Positions 1 through 10,364 are shown, counted from the first letter of the stretch. The stretch is DNA of 64,000 bases from an uncultured Verrucomicrobiae bacterium (GCA_963806855.1 CAWDYW010000001.1:320001-384000), one strand, 5' to 3'. Program-made: numbers and translations. Notes: generated by a model from the letters alone, not told the origin.

Positions 1-647
1 CCAACACTATTTATGGAATTCAAGCTATCAATACCGAAAATAAAAGCATTGAAGATATTGCTGCTGAATACATAAAGGAAATTCAAAAAATTCAAAAAGA
101 GGGCCCTTATAATCTCCTTGGAATGTCCTTTGGTGGCCTAATTGCTTACGAGATGGCAAGACAGCTTGAAGAAAAGGGCAGCTCTCTGGATCTACTTTGC
201 ATGGTGGATGTTGGGAGACCCGAAGTTGATCAGATAGATGAAAATGCACTTCTCATCAATTTAGTGGAATTACTAGAAGGAATCCCTGCAGTTGATAAAG
301 TGATCACTCCTGAAAGAGTTGCCCAAAGCCTAGGTTTTAGTATGTTGTCCAAAAAAGAACAAGAAACTATCTATAATCGAGTTAAATCCCATCTCGGTGC
401 CTATTCTCGATATCGCCCTCAACCATATGGGGGAAAAGTCATATTTTTTGAGGCAGCCCAAAAATTTTTCAGGCGAGAGAAGGCCTCTATAGGCTCGAGT
501 TGGCAAGAGTTGATTGGAGACCGCCTAGAGATCCAGATAATCCCAGGTAATCATATGAACATACTAAAACAACCACAAGTCGAATCCCTCATCTCTTTTC
601 TTAATACCCAAAGACAGTTTAATGGAAAAAAGCAACATGAGTATTGA
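1..647 (+). CDS. Thioesterase domain, NRPS/PKS-type (5' partial; probably the C-terminus of a larger synthetase)
   Basis: Frame is open from position 3 (..SIEDIAAEYIKEIQKIQKEGPYNLLGMSFGGLIAYEMARQL); GxSxG nucleophile and C-terminal PGNH. Confidence 0.85.
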   Translation, partial: NTIYGIQAINTENKSIEDIAAEYIKEIQKIQKEGPYNLLGMSFGGLIAYEMARQLEEKGSSLDLLCMVDVGRPEVDQIDENALLINLVELLEGIPAVDKVITPERVAQSLGFSMLSKKEQETIYNRVKSHLGAYSRYRPQPYGGKVIFFEAAQKFFRREKASIGSSWQELIGDRLEIQIIPGNHMNILKQPQVESLISFLNTQRQFNGKKQHEY

Positions 648-674
648 GCATTTTAACCTGGTGGGGAACAAGCA

Positions 675-1685
675 ATGGAACAAGAGATACAATCTGATGA
701 GATCCTGCAACGAATTACTGGGCAAATTTTTATAGGGCAAAGTGTTTTGGTTGCATATGAACTTGGGTTATTTAAGCTGCTTGCATCCAATCCTCATTCA
801 ATCGCTGAAATTTCCAAGATACTTGATCTTCATCCTAGAGCCATTCAGGCCATGGTATCCTCTGCTGGAGCCATGGGATTGGTTGAGAAAGGAATTGAAA
901 AGTATCAATTAACACAAGTTGGTTTGTATTACTTTAAAAACACTGGTGATCTAGATTATGGGGAAGTTCTAGATGTTTTAATCGAGCAGGCTGATATTAT
1001 GAACTATTGCTCTGTAAAGGAGTCAATATTGAGTAATAAATCTCAAGTTGATGATGGAAAAGATATTTTTGCAAATGATGGAGCAAATATCGGATCACAA
1101 TCAATTTTTATTAGTGCCTTGCATCATAAGGCCTATGCACCTGCTTTTGCTTGGACAAGCAAATATAAGTTGGGGCAGTCAAAGGTATTTATCGATATTG
1201 GAGGTGGTTCGGGCATACATTCTATCGCTGCTTGTCTGAATAACCAGGGGCTTAAAGCTATCATATGCGATAGACCACCGGTCCTGAATTTTACTAGAGA
1301 ATATGTCGAAAAGTACAACCTTTCAGAGCGAATAACTCTTCAACCAATTGACTTTTGGAAAGATGATTTTCCTCAGGGAGATGTGGTGTTTTTCGGGGAT
1401 ATTTTTCACGATTGGACTAATGAACACTGTTTTCTCCTGGCTAAAAAAAACTTTGAAAAATTACCTCGGGGAGGACAAATCATTTTACATGAAATGTTAT
1501 TTAATCCTGCTAAAACAGGACCCTTTGTAACTGCAGGATACAATATGAAGATGATGGCTTGGACCGAGGGACATCAATTTTCGTTTAAGGAGATAGATAA
1601 AATCTTGCGTAATGCGGGCTTTGAGGAAATTGCTGTTATGGAAACTCTAGGCACATGGTCTATTATTGTTGGCAAAAAGGCCTAA
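675..1685 (+). CDS. SAM-dependent O-methyltransferase (dimerisation wHTH + methyltransf_2 type)
   Basis: ELGLF..L N-terminal domain, FIDIGGGSG, DFWKDDFP, IFHDW. Confidence 0.9.
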   Translation: MEQEIQSDEILQRITGQIFIGQSVLVAYELGLFKLLASNPHSIAEISKILDLHPRAIQAMVSSAGAMGLVEKGIEKYQLTQVGLYYFKNTGDLDYGEVLDVLIEQADIMNYCSVKESILSNKSQVDDGKDIFANDGANIGSQSIFISALHHKAYAPAFAWTSKYKLGQSKVFIDIGGGSGIHSIAACLNNQGLKAIICDRPPVLNFTREYVEKYNLSERITLQPIDFWKDDFPQGDVVFFGDIFHDWTNEHCFLLAKKNFEKLPRGGQIILHEMLFNPAKTGPFVTAGYNMKMMAWTEGHQFSFKEIDKILRNAGFEEIAVMETLGTWSIIVGKKA

Positions 1686-1710
1686 TCGTGGATGAGCCTT
1701 CTAAATTGAT

Positions 1711-2796
1711 TTAACTTTTTGTGGAAGGCTTTAATATCCACAGGCAGGTATTTGGAAAGGTTTTGGACCTAATGTCTAACTCAACTGCGTATCCCGCCTC
1801 GATAAACAAATCGATCGTTTCGTCATGATTCCTAGTGGATATACCTTGCAGCCCATGAATATAGTCAAATCCTGGCGCAAATTTCTTATTTTTTTCAGAA
1901 GAATCTGAGCTGAATACATCCAGAACGATAAAGTATTTCATATTGGGTAAGGCTCTTTTATAAGAGTAGAGGGTGTCAAGAAATGCCTTTTTAGGAGAGA
2001 TATCATGTGTCATAAAGCATTGCATGAGTATTTCAACCTCTTCCCATACGCATTTTAATTTTCTAACATCTGAGACGATGAAATTGAGCATGGGATTTTC
2101 TTTTACCAATTTGTTAGCTTCTTTGATTGATTCCTTACACAAATCGATTCCGAGGCCTCTGACGCCCAGCAATTTGTGTAATTCAATGAGCCTGTGCCCT
2201 GCCCCACATCCTAGATCGCAAATTATCCCCCTTGGGCCTACCCTTTGGATAAAGTTGCACAGCTCAGTTTCTAAGTCCAAGACAGGTAAGCCGCTGCAGC
2301 CTTTGGAAATGGCTTCATTATCAAGATCATAATAGTCAGGGCTTTTCGTTCCTGAGAAGATCTCATTTTGTTTTGAAAAAAGATTGCCATAACCAACAAA
2401 CAACATATTAATAAGCGGCATTGAACTACAGATCTCATAGCCCAAGTCGCTAAGTATGTAAGAGGTGCCTTTTTTTGAAAGAACCTCAACATGGCATAAG
2501 GTTTTGAGAGCCGATTCGATCAGCACTCTCGGGTTTTCGCTAAATTTCCGTAAATCTTTCGCTTTAAGATGACCAGTAATAAGAAGCTTTTCAACAACCC
2601 CCGCCTGATCCAGGACAGTGATTGCATTGCACGCCACGCCGATCTCAATAAATGATAAGGCCCTGTCTGTCAATGTACTTTGAATCCGGCGATGAAAAAT
2701 ATCAGCAATTGGCTGGTTCGCCATATTTAGAATCTCCAAAGATTCTTGAATTTTTTCCGAATCTTTAGATTCATTGGATGCATTATAAAATAACAT
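1711..2796 (-). CDS. Class I methyltransferase, MppJ/MrsA-like (alpha-keto-acid C-methyltransferase family)
   Basis: N-terminal wHTH; DLGCGAG; FMTHD and GFDYIHGLQG motifs resembling the MppJ metal-binding histidines. Confidence 0.7.
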   Translation of the reverse strand: MLFYNASNESKDSEKIQESLEILNMANQPIADIFHRRIQSTLTDRALSFIEIGVACNAITVLDQAGVVEKLLITGHLKAKDLRKFSENPRVLIESALKTLCHVEVLSKKGTSYILSDLGYEICSSMPLINMLFVGYGNLFSKQNEIFSGTKSPDYYDLDNEAISKGCSGLPVLDLETELCNFIQRVGPRGIICDLGCGAGHRLIELHKLLGVRGLGIDLCKESIKEANKLVKENPMLNFIVSDVRKLKCVWEEVEILMQCFMTHDISPKKAFLDTLYSYKRALPNMKYFIVLDVFSSDSSEKNKKFAPGFDYIHGLQGISTRNHDETIDLFIEAGYAVELDIRSKTFPNTCLWILKPSTKS

Positions 2797-3182
2797 ATTT
2801 TATGGATCAATAGATTTCTTGTTATGTATTAGCTTGGATTGGAAATACTCTCTCTTGATAAATAAAGTTTGATTCTCCGGAGGTAATAAAAAGGAGAGGT
2901 TTTAAATATGAGGGAAAAAAAAGAACTATAGGGAGGCTTTCTGATGAAGTAGCAGTCTAGGTGGGGCTGGAAAAATAGTAACACCATAATAATAAGCATG
3001 TTACAATTTGGAAGTTTGGATGAAAGAAACGAATGCAGAAAGTGAGATTTTACTTTTAACTAAGCTGGGATCGCTTGATGCATTCGAGAGTAGAGAGGCC
3101 AGGGGCTGGACTAGATGGGTGTTAAAAAGCTAAGCCATCATCATTTTATATGATGTGGCTCTTGAAGGTTACTTTTGTTTAA

Positions 3183-4580
3183 TTATGCAAGCAAAGCGCT
3201 TGTTTCATCAATTGCTGCAAGCTCCTCGTCGGTTAAAATTTGCTTCTTAAGATCGGCTGGGAGTTGCAAAATGAAAGTCAAAAACTCGGCGTCATTTGCT
3301 GCGCCAATTGTTTCTCTTATTCTTCGTAAATTAGAAATGAGTTTGATTGCTCTTTTCCCATCTTCATTTTTGGTAAAAAGTAGGAAGCCATTTTCAATTA
3401 CCGCGCATGATGATGCTTGGAGTGTGGCGAAAAGAGTCAGCAATAGAACTGGCACGAAAAACCAATGTTTAGCAGGCGGGGCATTATAGAAGTTCCCCCA
3501 AACCGAATACCAAGGGCCGAGAGCAAATATGTTGGAAATAAACTCTTCGGCTTTTAAGGAATTGATCAGTGTTGGAGAAATTTTTTCTGCCAGTGGAGAA
3601 GAAGGGACTGGATTGCATTTGTTTGTTAAAAACCGAAAAAACCGATTTGAAGATTCATAGATTGCCTTTCCATAAAAATAAAATGTAACTAGAACAGATG
3701 TTGCTGCAAGGGTGGCGGCAAAAGGATCGTTATCAAGCACCAAGTTTTTAGTTGTATGAAATGTATAATCTGCAATCGCGAATTCCAATATTGCGACTAA
3801 TGGAATTGTTGCAATTAAACTGACAACCTTGAGTGCGTTATCTAATTTATTCGATATATTGCCATATGCGACATATTTGGAGAGGGACATCGTTGATCTT
3901 GAGTTTTGATCAATCAGTTCTATTTCTCCTTGTGCGGCTGATAGTTCTTGGAGGTTTTTTGTTAGTAGTGTTGCTTCGACTTTTTCTAAATACCCAACAA
4001 ACTTTCTTTTTGCAGCGGCGATAGGAGAGCAACAGTTGCATTTATTTAAGCTGCTTAATTGGCCCATTGTAAGCTGAATCGATCTAATTGGAATTACCAA
4101 GCTCGCAGCTAGAGAAAAAACTAAAGCGGGGATAGGAGCTGCTTTGTTGTATTCTGCAGCGGGTAATGCAAAGGGATATCTTGCAAATACAGCGGCTGCG
4201 ACGGTTGAAATGACCAACAAAACCTTGCCAACGGTTGAGATTTTTTGGCGAGCTTCTAGCTCTTCTTGTGATTTATTGCTAAGAACTGCATCCAGGATGC
4301 CATTTAAAGCCCACATTTCCAATGTAAAGAAGGCTTTGCTGTAAAAAAATTCAAAAACATATCCAAAGCCATCACCTACTGAATTATCTCCAAAAATACT
4401 CTTGCCACCTTCTTGTGCTACGGGGTAGTAAAAGTATTTGGCGGTTACGGCTACGACTAGGCCTATGCCTAAAACTATAGCTTTCGTAATTTTTTTGTTT
4501 GTATTAATTGAATGCCTATTAGAACAAATGGCATCAATTGCATTATCTATTGAGCTTATTGGCTGTGCTTGAATACTCAT
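3183..4580 (-). CDS. Hypothetical multi-pass membrane protein
   Basis: 465-aa ORF with many hydrophobic helices; ATGA overlap with the upstream methyltransferase. Confidence 0.65.
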   Translation of the reverse strand: MSIQAQPISSIDNAIDAICSNRHSINTNKKITKAIVLGIGLVVAVTAKYFYYPVAQEGGKSIFGDNSVGDGFGYVFEFFYSKAFFTLEMWALNGILDAVLSNKSQEELEARQKISTVGKVLLVISTVAAAVFARYPFALPAAEYNKAAPIPALVFSLAASLVIPIRSIQLTMGQLSSLNKCNCCSPIAAAKRKFVGYLEKVEATLLTKNLQELSAAQGEIELIDQNSRSTMSLSKYVAYGNISNKLDNALKVVSLIATIPLVAILEFAIADYTFHTTKNLVLDNDPFAATLAATSVLVTFYFYGKAIYESSNRFFRFLTNKCNPVPSSPLAEKISPTLINSLKAEEFISNIFALGPWYSVWGNFYNAPPAKHWFFVPVLLLTLFATLQASSCAVIENGFLLFTKNEDGKRAIKLISNLRRIRETIGAANDAEFLTFILQLPADLKKQILTDEELAAIDETSALLA

Positions 4581-5299
4581 TTTATTTTATCCATTTTTTT
4601 ATTTTTTTTGGCTACATAAATTAAAAATGGGGAATGTTCCCTTTCAGAGAGCCAATTTTCTTCATCAGGGGGCGCTTTAGGAGAAATTATTTCTTTAATA
4701 TCAAATCCAGAGGCTTTTAATGATTCAATATAATCTTCATTCAGCCAGTTATAATCATGAAATATGGTGCCATTGTTTTTTATCATAAGTTTTGCAGGGC
4801 TTCCTCGCTTCAGATCATAATTTTCCAGAAAGTCAGTTTCATATGAGACCCAATTCATTTTTGGAGAATGCATATATTCATTCCCAGTAATGATAATAAA
4901 GGCTCCATTAGGTTTTAAGACCCTAAAAACTTCTTTGCACAGTGCTTTCATTTTCCTTTTCGATGGGAGCATTAATAAGACAAAACTAGAAAACGCTACA
5001 TCGAAAACTTCCTCCCCAAAAGGGATAGAATCGTCTTCCATGAGGAGAAATTTATTTTTTTGAGGGAATTTTTGTTTGGCCTGTTCTAAGAAAAAGGGGC
5101 ATTTGTCAACCCCCTTCGTGATAAATCCTTGATCATCTAAAAATTGGGTGGACCGTCCAGTGCCGCAACCGAGATCTAAAGCCTTTCGACCTTTAGCATA
5201 TTTCTTTAAAAGAAATGGGATTTCATTAAAAGCAAGGGAGCTTGTGCCGGTGAATCCAAATTTGGAATAAGCCTCTGCCATTTGTCTAGCAACTAACAT
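4577..5299 (-). CDS. Class I SAM-dependent methyltransferase
   Basis: ALDLGCGTG, FDVAFSSFVL, RVLKPNG. Confidence 0.88.
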   Translation of the reverse strand: MLVARQMAEAYSKFGFTGTSSLAFNEIPFLLKKYAKGRKALDLGCGTGRSTQFLDDQGFITKGVDKCPFFLEQAKQKFPQKNKFLLMEDDSIPFGEEVFDVAFSSFVLLMLPSKRKMKALCKEVFRVLKPNGAFIIITGNEYMHSPKMNWVSYETDFLENYDLKRGSPAKLMIKNNGTIFHDYNWLNEDYIESLKASGFDIKEIISPKAPPDEENWLSEREHSPFLIYVAKKNKKMDKIK

Positions 5300-6935
5300 A
5301 TTTGAATTCCTCTTTTGCGCAATCCGATTCTTGCTTTAGTCTGCTAAGAAGCGGATTTTTGATGACATCTGATAATTTGCGTGAATTTATTATCTTTTCA
5401 ATGATTTCGTATTTTCCCCCAAATCCATCTTCGCATCCTGTTGGAAAATGAAGATGGGAATTAAAAACGCTAAATAATTCTTCGATAACTTCGTGTTTAG
5501 AACTAAGATTTTTTCTGGTAATTGAATAGGCTTGAGCTACAGTAATTCCAAAAAGCACAAGGAGTTCGGAAAAATACTCTAATTGCTTTGTTAGTTTTTG
5601 ACAGGCGGTTGCTCCATAACTTACAACATCTTCCGATTCGTTTGCGCTTGTAGCATTCATCAAGCTTGAGGGTTGAGCCAATAAGTTAATTTTATGAACA
5701 AGTGCGTTCGCTGTATAATGAGGAATCATAAAACCGGACTTGAGGCCTATTTCATTAGGGTCAGCAATCAAGTAGCAGGGTAATTTATTCCCGTTTCTAT
5801 TGGGATTAAGTAAGTATGCCAATTGTCGCTCTAGGGTTATCGCAACTTTAGCATTTGACAAAGCAATGATATCAGCAATGACAGTTAGATTTTCGCCATG
5901 AAAATTGCCCCCGGAGAATATTCCCCATTTTTCCCCTTCAAATTCTCTTATGAAAGCCGGATGAGAATTCGCAATATTATCGCTTTGTCTAAAAATAAGA
6001 GGGTTATCCGTGATCGCATTGAGTTCAGCTTCTAATTTTTTTTGTTGCTCAAGAATTGCTTCAATCCTGGGCCCAAAAATTTGTGGAATGCATCTTATGC
6101 AGTAATCATTCTGAAATTCATGCTCATAAGTTCTTTCATCGGATTGCAAAAGTTGAAGTAATATAGAAGCGATATATTTTTGACCTTCTTGATTTCTGGC
6201 TTGATGAACTTGTGGATAGAATGCAGATTCAATAGCGCCTATAGCATTTATAAAGAGTCCTTGGAGGGCCATTAAGTTATCCAATAGCATTAATTCTTTA
6301 TGAAAACTTAGTGCTAACATTGAAGTCATAAAGGCAGTGCCATTAATTAGTGCCAACCCTTCTTTTGCTTTTGGCGAAAATCGAGATATTTTTGCCAGTT
6401 CTAAAGCCTTGCCTGCGCTTATTCTTTCCCCTTGATACCAAACAGGTACTTCATCGCCCAGCATGGCTCTCCCTAATCTTGCTAAAAAAGCAAGATCACC
6501 ACTTGCACCTAGAGAACCGCTGGAGGGGATTTCAGGTATGATTTTAGCATTTATCATGCTGATTAAAGTATTGAGAGATTCAGGGGAAAATCCAGAATAG
6601 CCTTTAGACAGAGAATTTGCGCAGAGTACCATGGCGCCTAAGGTGATGTCATTTGAGAAAGATTTGCCGATTCCTGCATCGTGACTTCTGATCAAGTTTA
6701 TCGATAGATCGTTTGAAGAAGAGGCATTTATGTTTATCTTGCGCAGGTCTCCAACCCCAGTTGTGATTCCATAAACTCTAGCTTTAGAATCTAAGAGACT
6801 TTCGATGAAAGCTCTGCATTCAGATAATTTTTGGATTGAATCAGTGCCTAGAGAGATTGTTTTGTTGCCAAATATAACCCCAAGAAACTCATTTAAAGAA
6901 AGTTCAGATTTGAGATTGAATTCAAATTTGCCCAT
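5286..6935 (-). CDS. hutH: MIO-dependent aromatic amino acid ammonia-lyase, histidine ammonia-lyase-like
   Basis: YGITTGVG, NLIRSH (SH = His-type selectivity), GASGDLA (MIO), LINGT, YCIRCIPQ, GGNFHG. Confidence 0.8.
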   Translation of the reverse strand: MGKFEFNLKSELSLNEFLGVIFGNKTISLGTDSIQKLSECRAFIESLLDSKARVYGITTGVGDLRKININASSSNDLSINLIRSHDAGIGKSFSNDITLGAMVLCANSLSKGYSGFSPESLNTLISMINAKIIPEIPSSGSLGASGDLAFLARLGRAMLGDEVPVWYQGERISAGKALELAKISRFSPKAKEGLALINGTAFMTSMLALSFHKELMLLDNLMALQGLFINAIGAIESAFYPQVHQARNQEGQKYIASILLQLLQSDERTYEHEFQNDYCIRCIPQIFGPRIEAILEQQKKLEAELNAITDNPLIFRQSDNIANSHPAFIREFEGEKWGIFSGGNFHGENLTVIADIIALSNAKVAITLERQLAYLLNPNRNGNKLPCYLIADPNEIGLKSGFMIPHYTANALVHKINLLAQPSSLMNATSANESEDVVSYGATACQKLTKQLEYFSELLVLFGITVAQAYSITRKNLSSKHEVIEELFSVFNSHLHFPTGCEDGFGGKYEIIEKIINSRKLSDVIKNPLLSRLKQESDCAKEEFKYVSC

Positions 6936-7338
6936 AAAATCACGCTGGCCTATTCATTTAATAAAAATAATAAATACTTATTTCTTTTTTTTCAAATAAA
7001 ATTGGGCTTTTGGGAAATTCGAAATGACTGGCTATGCGAAAGAAGTAAATCGAAAAAAAATAAATTTGATTGGATCAAAATATAAGGCCGTAGGATCTGC
7101 TACAATTGAATTTGGTGATACAATTGCTTCTTTTATAGCCCCGGTCACAAGATTTCTTGTAAATGATAAAGTCTCGAGCATTGCATTAATTTTAGTATGC
7201 AATTATATTTGCGCATGGATTATTCAAAGATATTCAGAAAAAATGATAAAATTCAAATTGTGTCCAAGTTAGAGCCCATCACGAAGCATTGATTTGATCA
7301 GGGCGCTTAGGGATTTCTAAGGATGTTTGGGCAGATTC

Positions 7339-8487
7339 TCATGTACAAGACACTACAACTTCAGGGCTTGTATAAGTGTTGAATCGTTTGACAATGCTAG
7401 CCTCTAATCGTTTAGTTACAGCTAAAATGCTTGGCTTCTTCTTTCTGGGAAGATTTTTTGCTTGCAAAATGCCAGCTGTGATGAGGGCTATAGTTAGCTG
7501 GATTCTCTCAGGAGCAATATTTTCTCTCTCTCCATCAAAATTCACTGGGAAGCCACTTCTGATCAACAATTTACCATCAACTAATAGATCTTGGTGACAT
7601 TGAGAAGTTTCTGGAAGAAATCGTCGCAAATATACTGCATCAAATTCTCTGTCTGATGAAGACACGCTAACTAGCACTGTGCCATGAGGGATCTTCTTAT
7701 GTAAATTTTTAGGAACGCTTGTTGTTCCTGTACAGCCAATAATCAAGGGATACTTGTCCAAGATAGTACCTAAGTTGCCTTTAAAGTCGGAAAGATCGGG
7801 ATTGGCATCGTAAACGTCAATTTCAAATTTAGACGCAAGGAGATTTCTCATTGCGCATCCAATTGGGCCGCCTCCTATGATGAGCGCTTTCTTAGGAAAA
7901 AGGCCCCTTTTCCCCAGGCTTTGAAAGAGGCTTTTGGCAGCGGCCTCAGCTATCATCGGGGACTCAAGTTCAAGTTTCGCTGGGGAGCGCGCGACATTAA
8001 TAACTGGAAAATGAAGAGGTTGATTCTTTATTGCATTATATCCTGCTGAAGTTTGTTCTATGGCTACTATAGGAATAGCGAAATTGCCCAGCCGATTGAA
8101 GTAGTTTATACATTTTCCGCCATCGTCGAGTACGATGATACGTTCATATTTACCGCTAGTTAGGTCAGTCAAATGGGAGGCTAGGAATTTTTGAACTTCC
8201 CGATTATATTGCTCATCAAAGGAACAATGGGATGAATAAGCCATGCTTTCCTTGGATACATCGATTCCATCTGCTAACATTTCTTCATAGACTTCAGGGC
8301 ACGTAGAATAGCATTTTCCTATTAAAGAAATGTTCGCGGGTTTAAGACCAAGACAATATAGAGACCGAAACATAGCATGTGTAGTTTCAAGTATGTGTTG
8401 TGCACCAATAATTTTAATATTTGAAAAATCTTTGCCTTTGAATGAATCAACCAACAGTTGAACCAAAGGTAGCTTTAACCTATTCAT
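7339..8487 (-). CDS. Divergent S-adenosylhomocysteine hydrolase-like NAD-binding protein
   Basis: QH, VLDDGG, EQTSAG, PVINVARSPAK and GGGPIG Rossmann motif parallel the SAHH motifs. Confidence 0.75.
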   Translation of the reverse strand: MNRLKLPLVQLLVDSFKGKDFSNIKIIGAQHILETTHAMFRSLYCLGLKPANISLIGKCYSTCPEVYEEMLADGIDVSKESMAYSSHCSFDEQYNREVQKFLASHLTDLTSGKYERIIVLDDGGKCINYFNRLGNFAIPIVAIEQTSAGYNAIKNQPLHFPVINVARSPAKLELESPMIAEAAAKSLFQSLGKRGLFPKKALIIGGGPIGCAMRNLLASKFEIDVYDANPDLSDFKGNLGTILDKYPLIIGCTGTTSVPKNLHKKIPHGTVLVSVSSSDREFDAVYLRRFLPETSQCHQDLLVDGKLLIRSGFPVNFDGERENIAPERIQLTIALITAGILQAKNLPRKKKPSILAVTKRLEASIVKRFNTYTSPEVVVSCT

Positions 8488-8951
8488 AATATCCGCTGCA
8501 CATGTTCAGTTCTTGACATATTATTTGCATTTGTAAGTTCAATACTAATCCCAGGGAAAATGGTTGCAAGTAAACAGCAATAAGGAGCGATATTAGGGTC
8601 TAGAATAGGTTCGATGGTGAAGATTTTGATTCCAATGGCAATTGCATACCCGATCTCCAAAATTGTTGCATTGCCAAGGTATCCATTAAAATTTGCAACT
8701 ACCAGGAATGAGCTGTTTCTTATTTTGGCAAAAACAGATGATTGTAAGAGCTCTGGATGATCAATGGGATCAGAATCTAAAACGACAAATTCATCGAATG
8801 GATTAAGCGAATGGTTGCCACGGGGTGATAATACTCTAATTCCCCGTCTTTCTAGCGATTGTCTTAATAAGACAATTTGAGGTAGATGTCTGTGGAAAGA
8901 GCCGCTTATCACCGTATAAATTGTTGTAGCGGAGTCAGATATTTTTTCCAT
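8484..8951 (-). CDS. Nucleoside 2-deoxyribosyltransferase/Rcl/MilB-fold protein
   Basis: ISGSF, RVLSP, KIRNSSFLVV, GYLGNATILEIGYA (catalytic Glu). Confidence 0.65.
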   Translation of the reverse strand: MEKISDSATTIYTVISGSFHRHLPQIVLLRQSLERRGIRVLSPRGNHSLNPFDEFVVLDSDPIDHPELLQSSVFAKIRNSSFLVVANFNGYLGNATILEIGYAIAIGIKIFTIEPILDPNIAPYCCLLATIFPGISIELTNANNMSRTEHVQRIL

Positions 8952-9441
8952 ATTGTATTCTCCAGCGGTTTTTTTTGTTGTGTATGGCTAATAGCTTTGC
9001 TTTTACAAAATTAAAAGCAAGCCCTTGAGAGACTAATAGATTGAGTTGTTGAAATTCCGTCAGACCAACCCATTTATAATTCAGGTGCTCGTTATCATTT
9101 ATAATTACATTTGGCATATTTTTAAGTTTGACGTAATAAAGATAAAGAAGATAGCTTCCATCAAACGGATTTAAGCTGTGAGCTTTATCAAGAAGAAGAA
9201 AAGATTCATTGGATATGAGGATCCCTGTTTCTTCAAATATTTCTCTTGCGAGACCATCTTGAGGAGGTTCATCAGTCTCCAGCTTTCCGCCAGGAATGCC
9301 CCATAGCCCAAATTGGCCATCCCGTCGGCCTCTTTGTAAAACTAAGAATTTTTCTTCACATTCAATAAAACAAGTAACAACTTCAAAATCTATTCCTTCT
9401 TGTGAGGCTATATCTTGTGCAGGTTGAAGAATTGTGACCAT
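8935..9441 (-). CDS. NUDIX hydrolase
   Basis: Nudix box GGKLETDEPPQDGLAREIFEETG. Confidence 0.92.
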   Translation of the reverse strand: MVTILQPAQDIASQEGIDFEVVTCFIECEEKFLVLQRGRRDGQFGLWGIPGGKLETDEPPQDGLAREIFEETGILISNESFLLLDKAHSLNPFDGSYLLYLYYVKLKNMPNVIINDNEHLNYKWVGLTEFQQLNLLVSQGLAFNFVKAKLLAIHNKKNRWRIQYGKNI

Positions 9442-9986
9442 TTTGATACCCCCAGAATAGGATTGATTTTCAATTTAACACTTAATTTATTTACAGCCGA
9501 AGTAAACTTTCTACTCAAGCTTGTTTACCTAATATTATGACTTGCCGAAAAATTTTATGCGATAACTTTCTGTGCATTTTAAAATTTTCATTTACAAATA
9601 ATTGTTTGTTGATGAATAATTAATTTTAAATAGTTTTTTTATATTACGAAACCAATTTTGTATATTAATATACCTTGGCGCTCTAAACGAAATACTTATA
9701 TCTGAAATAAGTGCTTCCTTTGCCGTAGAAGAAAATGGGCATTGATAGATTCTCATGTGGAGAATTGAGCTTTGAGATACTTGATTGGATCTAGTATAGG
9801 GACAAGCTCTCCTTCTGCAAACATAATGTTGTAAGTCCGCAAGGCTGGGATTTCGGAATAGGTTGGCGGGACAGAATGTTTAGACATGGATCATTTTTCG
9901 TTTCTCAGGTATCAGGAATTTTAATCCATTACTGACATAAGCTCGCCCCTACTATGTGCGGTAATAAAATAGTTACCTGCTGAGTC

Positions 9987-10364
9987 TTAAATAGAATTAT
10001 TCGGAAGCTGGGGAAGAGGCGCTTCTAGTCCAGCCTTGACCTTTTGAAGTGCTTCGGGGTAGGGTTCTTCGTAAACCTCTTCAGTTCTCTTTTGCCAGGC
10101 TGGGAGAGAAGGATTGGTTTTATAATAATAGAGATTGCCCTTAAGTAAGAACGCTTGCCCGAGCCATTTACCCTCCTTGATATATAAGGCAATGCCGTAA
10201 TCAAGATCTTTACTTGTAAAGAAATAATGATTGAGATGGGGGATAAGCTGATCATTTGTATTTATTGAAGTGAGAAAAATCTCAATGCCTTTAACTATAT
10301 GTGATCGAACAATATCGACATCAAAATTCTCACCAAGAACTATAAAGCTGTAGTGCTCCCAATT
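9987..10364 (-). pseudogene. Start-less paralog fragment of the 13296-13820 protein (missed by the ORF track)
   Basis: Manual translation of a 126-codon open frame: FLTSINTNDQLIPHLNHYFFTSKDLD..GNLYYY..YEEPYPEALQKV versus YLVEINANEEIRPYLHDYPFTSKNIE..GTLFYY..HEETYVEALKIF. Confidence 0.75.

Noticed and set aside
7024..7272. 82-aa ORF, possible transporter C-terminal remnant
   Set aside because: The similarity is too weak to support.
10025..10255. 76-aa ORF
   Set aside because: Wrong frame; the homologous reading is in another frame (9987-10364).
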